A stretch of 64,000 nucleotides of DNA, from assembly GCA_916438995.1 (NCBI GenBank), contig CAKAGA010000009.1, forward strand, positions 27,009 through 91,008. The letters are read 5' to 3'. The position numbers were made by a program, and so were the translations under genes. Under the pieces are notes generated by a model. It ran no database searches. It was not told the DNA's origin and saw nothing but the letters and a program-made list of their open reading frames with translations. Positions 57,488 to 64,000 of this stretch are shown here, in pieces. The DNA is from an uncultured Catonella sp. GTDB lineage: Bacteria; Bacillota; Clostridia; Lachnospirales; Lachnospiraceae. Position 1 is the stretch's first letter, and each line of letters begins with the position of its first letter.

Positions 57488-58646
57488 TTACTGATTTACT
57501 CTCTGTCTCGGAGGTTTTGCTCCCTGATATGAATAAAAATAAGTTTTCATCATACCATTGTAGATCTTTCTGTTCTTATCAGGCTTTCTTCCAAAATACT
57601 TAGGAGCATCTTCAAAGCCTGTAATTATATAATACGACCATTCATCAAGTCTCGCGAAAGCCTTACCCATCTCCTTATAGAGCTCCGGCATTGCTTCCTT
57701 TTCCTCAAGTCTCTCTCCATAAGGAGGATTGGTGATAATAAATCCATACTTTTTGGCACTGCTTATATCTCTCATATCTCTTTGCTGGAAATGAATATTT
57801 CCGTCAAGGCCTGCAAGAGAGAGATTGCCTCTCGCAGCATCAAGGGATGAAGTATCTATATCATAGCCCTGGATGGATAGCTTTGTTTCTCTGTCAATAA
57901 GGTCTTCCGCCTCTTTCTTAGCCTCTTTAAACAGACTCTTAGGCAGAATGTTATCCCAGGTCATAGCCTGAAAATCTCTTCTCATTCCCGGAGCAATATT
58001 AAGTCCTATCATAGCAGCTTCAATAGGTATGGTGCCGCTTCCGCAAAATGGATCTATAAGGAGCCTATCCTTCTTCCATAGGGGTAAGGCTTATAAGAGC
58101 AGCTGCCAGCGTCTCTGTAATAGGCGCTTTTACCGTAAGTCTCCTGTAGCCTCTCTTGTGAAGCGACTCTCCCGAAGTATCAAGTCCTACAGTGACCTCG
58201 TCCTTAAGTATGGTTATTCTTATCGGAAATTCGCTCCCGTCTTCTGGAAATCTAAGTATATTATACTTAGCTGAAAGTCTGTCAACTATAGCCTTCTTCA
58301 CTATCCTCTGAATATCAGATGGAGAAAACAGCTTGCTCTTTATGGAAGAAGCCTTCTTCACCCAAAACTTACCGTCTTTAGGGATGAAGTTCTCCCAAGG
58401 AAGTGCTTTTGTTTTTTCAAAAAGTTCATCAAAGGTAAGGGCCTTAAAGCTTCCTACCTTAAGCATAACCCTCTCAGTAGTTCTAAGAAACACATTACAT
58501 CTAGCAATAGCCTTCTCGTCTCCCCTAAAAGAAACTCTACCGTCTACAACCTCGGTTACTTCGTAGCCAAGGTCCATAATTTCTCTCTTTAAAACTGCCT
58601 CCAAGCCAAAGTGGCAGGGTGCAAATAACTCATATTGATTAATCAA
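57488..58646 (-). CDS. THUMP-domain 23S rRNA m2G methyltransferase (RlmL/YpsC-like); frameshift near 58070
   Basis: GLEAVLKRE, SLHKRGYR, DPFCGSGT and NPPYGER motifs. Confidence 0.9.
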
Positions 58647-58660
58647 GTAAACCTCCAAAT

Positions 58661-59919
58661 TTAATTATTAGTTTCAGGCCTTTCAGCAAGGGTTACAACA
58701 GTATCTTTTTTGACATATTCACCGTTATCATATCTGTAAAACGTAACCTTGACCTTATCTCCCTTTCTCTTACCTAGAATTATAGAGTTAATAGCATCTG
58801 ATTTCAAGGTTTCATTGTCATTTATGGCTACAATTATATCCCCTTTAATAAGGCCTGCTTTTATCGCGCCTCCATTCCCTGCTACATCTGTAATATAGAG
58901 TCCATAAGGCATATTAAAGGCTTCATGAGAAGCGTCATCTATCTCTCTGTAATATATGCCAAGATAGCCCCTTTCAGTATCTGTGAGATTCTTTTTAGTC
59001 TTAAGCTCATTTATAAGAGGTTTAACTGTAGCCATGGGTATGGCATAACCCATTCCCTCTACGGCTCTGTCTGAAAACTTCACAGAATTGATACCAACAA
59101 CCTCCCCTTTAGGTTTAATAAGGCTCCGCCTGAATTTCCCGGATTGATAGCAGCATCAGTCTGAATGAGCTTCATCGTTATATCATTTACATTTACTATC
59201 CTGTCCTTTGCACTTACATAACCCACAGTAAGAGACTGTCCATAGCCAAGAGCATTGCCTATAGCCATAACCATCTGTCCTACCTTTATTTCATCTGAAC
59301 TGCCAAGCCTCACTGTTTTTACCTTACTAAGCGTTTTTGCTTCAAGGTCTTTTAGCTTAACTTCCACAAGTGCAAGGTCTGTATAGGAGGCTGTTCCCTT
59401 TATTTCTCCCTTGGCAGTGCTCCCGTCTTCAAAAGCTACCGCAAGGTCAGTAGCACCGTCTATGACGTGGTTGTTAGTAATGATATACAGACTGCTTTGA
59501 TCCCTGTCCACAATCACTCCTGAGCCCATATCCTGAGTTCTTCTTGTCTGTGTTCCAAACCAGCTTATTATGCTCTCCTCTCCTTCTGTGGTTATAGCAA
59601 CAAGAGAAGGCATAACTGCTTCAACCACATCAGACAAATCAGAAGTTCTAATGGCTGCAAGTTTATTATCAGTCGCAGTTTTTGGAAGTTTTACCTTCTC
59701 ACCATTACCAGGCAGTTCTTCCTTCTTTTCTTCATTTTCTACAGGTTTTTCTTCTTTTGCTTTAGATTTATCCTCTACAACAGTATCAGGTCTGTTAAAT
59801 ATATTAAGTTCATTATTACCTGCCAAACCAAAGCCTATCATTCCTGCAATAATCATGAAGAATATTATGATGAGTATCAGGAGTCCCTTAGTTGTTCCGC
59901 TGTCCTTTTTCTCTTCCAT
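58661..59919 (-). CDS. htrA: HtrA/DegP serine protease with PDZ domain; frameshift near 59105
   Basis: TNNHV, DLA and INPGNSGG catalytic triad motifs; C-terminal PDZ. Confidence 0.92.
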
Positions 59920-60075
59920 TTCTATTGTCCCTCCTAAGTTAGAATCATATCTCTTTAAGAATAACACAAATAGCGAAATTTAACCATAGCCCTTTGAAAT
60001 CTTTGTGTCTTTCCTTGTAGAAATATCTTTGCAAATGTACTATAATAGTATCATTAAACCTTAGGAGCACTTCTG

Positions 60076-61477
60076 ATGATTAGAGAAAATCAAAAAGTAC
60101 TGAACAGGGTATATTTGCTCTGCGACATACTAATAATTATAATATCCTTTGTATATGCCTGGCTTATAAAATTTGAAGTATTTCCGCCTGAGCATACTAT
60201 GTGGTGGCCTCTAACCCACTACATGAAATTTTTAATTTACCTTATACCAATTTACCTTGTTATATACTCATTTACAGGGGTATATAGTCCTATGAGGCAG
60301 ATTAGGCTGAGATTTGAAATGTGGAACTTTTTTAAGGCAAATTCCGTTGCTATCCTTACCTTTCCTGTTCTCCTTTATGTTTTGAAAGAAAGTGATATTT
60401 CCCGTTCTTTCATCACCATATTTTATGGGGTAAATGTGTTTTTTGGCTGGACCTTCCGCTTCTTCTTAAGAAAGCTGCTTCATGCCGCAAGGAGAAAAGG
60501 GCTTAATCAAAAGCACATGCTGATTGTAGGCTACAGCTCGGCAGCAGAAAGCTATATCGACCGACTGATATCCAATCCACAATGGGGATATACCATATTT
60601 GGAATTCTTGACGATGATAAGCCAAAGGACTCAACATACCGACATATCAAGGTTCTGGGAACGATTTCAGACCTTGAGGAAATATGCGCTTTGCATACCT
60701 TGGATGAAATCGCAATAACTCTTAGGCTTCGTGACTACAATAAGCTTGAACAAATAGTTGCTATCTGCGAAAAAAGTGGTGTTCACACACAGTTTGTACC
60801 TGATTATAACAATGTAATCCCTACAACTGCCCACACTGAGGACATAGATGGACTTCCTGTCATCAACATAAGAAATGTACCTCTCAATAACTCCTTTAAT
60901 AAGTTTATTAAGAGGGCTGTTGATTTATTTGGGGCAATCTGTATGCTCATTATATTTGGCATACCTATGCTTGTTGTAAGCATACTAATAAAGCTCACCT
61001 CTCCGGGCCCACTTATATTTAAGCAAATAAGAGTAGGGCTTCATAATAAAGAGTTCAACATGTACAAGTTCCGCTCTATGAAGCTTCAGGATGAAGGCTC
61101 TGAAAAAAAAGCGTGGACAACAAAAAAATGATCCGAGAGTAACCCGTATAGGTAGTTTTATAAGAAAAACCAGTATAGATGAACTGCCTCAGGTCTTCAA
61201 CGTGCTTAAGGGTGATATGAGTCTGGTAGGTCCAAGACCTGAACGACCTTTCTTTGTGGAGAAATTTCAGGAAGAAATCCCACGCTACAATGTAAAACAT
61301 CAGGTTCGCCCCGGAATAACAGGTTGGGCTCAGGTAAACGGATTTAGAGGGGATACCTCCATTAGAAAAAGAATAGACTGTGACCTTTACTATATCGAGA
61401 ACTGGACATTCGGACTTGATTTTAAGATACTGTTTTTAACCTTCTTTAAGGGCTTTATCAATAAAAATGCTTATTAA
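60076..61477 (+). CDS. undecaprenyl-phosphate glucose phosphotransferase (WcaJ/CpsE family); frameshift at an A-tract near 61110-61128
   Basis: Four N-terminal TMs, [29 protein letters not shown] and [11 protein letters not shown] motifs. Confidence 0.92.
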
Positions 61478-61494
61478 AGTACAAGATGCTTATA

Positions 61495-61632
61495 AGAAAG
61501 AATCCTGCTTCGCAGGATTCACCGCCTGCGGCGGGTCGCGTAAGCGACATCTACTCATCCGCCGCAGTGCGATCCTCGGAGAGATTCTTATGTGACAGGT
61601 AATTTCGGAGAAATTTCCTGTTACATAAGAAA
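61495..61632. repeat. GC-rich multi-hairpin element, copy 1
   Basis: About 137-bp unit repeated 251 bp downstream; several nested palindromes. Confidence 0.9.
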
Positions 61633-61672
61633 GAGGCTGCAACATAAAACATAAATTATGCGACAGCCTCTT
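61631..61672. terminator. hairpin between the repeat copies (probable terminator)
   Basis: AAGAGGCTG..CATAA/TTATG..CAGCCTCTT followed by ATTTT. Confidence 0.6.
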
Positions 61673-61745
61673 ATTTTGCTAAAAAATCTCTAAAATCCAA
61701 TCCTTCTAAAACTCTTATAAACCGGCATTTTCAAGATTTAAGACG

Positions 61746-61884
61746 AGAAAGAATCCTGCTTCGCAGGATTCACCGCCTGCGGCGGGTCGCGTAAGCGATA
61801 TTTACATATCCGCCGCAGCGCGATCCCTCGGAGAGATTTTTATTTGACAGGTAATTTCGGAGAAATTTCCTGTCAAATAAAAAA
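61746..61884. repeat. GC-rich multi-hairpin element, copy 2
   Basis: Direct repeat of 61495-61632 with stem-preserving substitutions. Confidence 0.9.
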
Positions 61885-61890
61885 CATTCA

Positions 61891-62668
61891 TTAAATATGT
61901 AAGATAAACTCGTCCTGCTTCTTATAGAATACAAAAAGCCCGATAACCACGCTTGCGGCAGCAAATCCAACTGAATAATAAAGGCTCCATCTGTCGATAC
62001 TACTGCCGTAGATAGCATTTCTAAAGTTTGCTATGCAGGCATATACAGGGTTATAAGTAATAATCCAGCCATAACCATTCTTAATAACCTTTTCAGGATT
62101 ATAGAAGATAGCTGAAGAATACATAATTAACATGAGCATTACATCCCAAAGATACTCTAAATCCCTAAAGAACACCGCCATTGTAGCAAGCACCATACCT
62201 ACTCCTATTGTCATAAACAAAAGTGTTATAAGAGGTATAATGGCAGCAAATATATGCCTTGTAGGATATACACCTAAGACCAGAGAAACAACAACCAATA
62301 CCGTAAGTGATATAATGAATATCAGATAATTAGCTATGATTGATGCAAACGGATATATATATTTAGGCACATATACCTTTTTTTATTATAGATGCATTAC
62401 TCCTGATTGACTTGCAGGCAGCCTTTGTTCCTGATGAGAAAAAACTGTACAAAAGTCTACCTGAAAGTACATAAATTGGAAATGATCTATCACTTTTACC
62501 ATAAAAGCCCGAAAACACAACAGTAAGTACTATCATGGTTAAAAGCGGTTCGAGGAGTGTCCACAGTATACCTAGATATGAGCGCCTATATTTTAATTTA
62601 ATGTCTTTTTTTACAAGTTCAATCAACAAAAATCTGAACTTCTTAAAATTCTTAACTAGCCTTAGCAC
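61891..62668 (-). CDS. ABC-2 polysaccharide/teichoic acid export permease (Wzm/TagG); frameshift near 62380
   Basis: DIKLKYRRSYLGILWTLLEPLL, FFRDLEYLW and NPVY motifs. Confidence 0.9.
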
Positions 62669-62689
62669 AAATTTTCCTCCGTATCCGCC

Positions 62690-64000
62690 TTATTCATTCT
62701 TACTCTTTCCTTCTTCAATAGCTCCAGAAGTAGAAGAATCTTCTTTTGTTTCACCTGTTTCTTTAGTTTCAGCAGGTTCTTTTGTTTTATCCGTCATGTC
62801 TTTTGTATCTATAGCCGTTCCCGTTGCTTCATCTATAGCACCTGATGAAGCAGTTCCGGTTGTATTTGCTTCTGTAACTCTTATGGTAAGAGCCTTAGTT
62901 GTTCCTATCTTAACTCCTTCAATGTCCTTAAACTTTAGCACATAGGAGTAATTTCCTGCTTCCTTAACATTTGACAAATCAATGTAAGGCGCTATATCTG
63001 AAATCCCAACATCTTTTAACTTATCCGAAAGACCACTTAAGGTAACAACCAATTTCTCGGTACCTGCAAATTCATAATTAAACTTATCTGATTTATTATT
63101 TAAACTTATATCTGTTGGCAGTATTTCAAGTTCTTTAGTTCCAAGCTTAACTATGTTGCACTTAGCATTTATAACTACATCCTTATCTACAAGATATATT
63201 CCATCTTCTAAATAATCAGAAAGGTTTATAGAAACCTCAACATCTGTAATCTTGCCTTCCACATCTAGAGGTATTCTTATGCTTGAGAGTTTGCGAGCAA
63301 GCCCTTATTTCCCGCTACAGTTACAGTCTTTGGTTCATAGTCAATATCCTGTACAGAATATCCCTTATAAGGCTCTCCGCTCGCTTCTACAATCACATTT
63401 ACTGTCTTGGTCTGATATACCTTCACCGCTACATTCACAGGATTATCGGAAAATGTCAGACTCCCAGTCGTTATTTCGTTACCATCTGAATCATAGGCTT
63501 TTGGCTTGCCCTTTAAACTAAAAGAGCTACTTGCACCGTTTATATTAGCCTTTACCTTTACAGTCGAGATTTTTTCAACAGATTTTTTACCACCACTTAC
63601 CGTAATAAGATTAGGCCTTACTATAGCCTCTCCAACAAAGTAGCCGCTCTCAGCCTCTCCTGATTTTTCGACTATTACAGAAAATTGCTTAGTTACAAGG
63701 TCTTCAAGCCTTACTTCAAGGAGCTTTGCACTACCAATTATAGTTATTTCAACATTATCAGACTTAGTGCATACTACGTCTATATTAGCGTGATAAGTAG
63801 GCGATAGCTTAGATACATCAGCTGTAGCCTTAAAATCAGAAGCCTTAAGATTCTTTATAAGGCTGGCATTTGCCTTCACCTTTATGGTAATAGTATCGCC
63901 CTCAACAACTTCATATACTTTTCCGGAAGATGCTATAGAGTCTCCGTTTATGATATCTACTCCTATGGTAAAAGTTGTAGTCGCTGCCGGATCGTAAGTA
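62690..64000 (-). CDS. YbbR/CdaR-domain protein (5' end outside window); frameshift near 63280
   Basis: Repeated YbbR-like units (ATADVSKL, PNLITVSG, PKTVTVAG, PYIDLS) and a low-complexity tail. Confidence 0.8.

Noticed and set aside
61495..61884. CRISPR array or known self-cleaving ribozyme
   Set aside because: Only two ~137-bp units, no repeat-spacer periodicity, no cas genes; no hammerhead core (CUGANGA...GAAA) seen by eye.
1524..63521. Numerous short plus-strand ORFs, plus 30804-31046, 40990-41223 and 61770-62018
   Set aside because: Antisense or off-frame shadows of real genes or of repeats; no recognisable motifs.

Overview
Chromosomal segment of a low-GC Firmicute; gene order and protein style point to Lachnospiraceae/Clostridia (inference). 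Most genes are on the minus strand. Many conserved genes are split by single-base frameshifts, often at homopolymers, which most likely reflects unpolished long-read errors. From left to right: (1) the 3' end of an IS110 transposase plus IS and gene scars; (2) three tandem, paralogous, sortase-anchored (LPKTG) giant surface proteins, each preceded by a conserved terminator+promoter cassette; (3) a housekeeping division/shape block (rluD-like, lspA, aroB, divIVA, ylmH, sepF, yggS, D,D-carboxypeptidase, mgsA, rodA, minEDC, mrdA, mreDCB, radC, yaaA, CYTH, degenerate GGDEF, beta-CASP nuclease, miaA); (4) a zinc-ribbon/YARHG envelope gene trio; (5) an IS1634-family element with a perfect 74-bp target duplication that preserves both the interrupted gene and the downstream promoter; (6) carAB with an attenuator-like leader; (7) tarJ, tarI and a TagF/TarL-type polymerase, rdgB, an amidase, an rRNA methylase, htrA and a wcaJ-like transferase; (8) a tandem pair of GC-rich, covarying multi-hairpin repeats; (9) a lone wzm/tagG permease and a cdaR/ybbR fragment. 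The best leads are the structured repeat pair, the IS1634 insertion, the adhesin array and the carA leader. No CRISPR array, rRNA or tRNA was seen.
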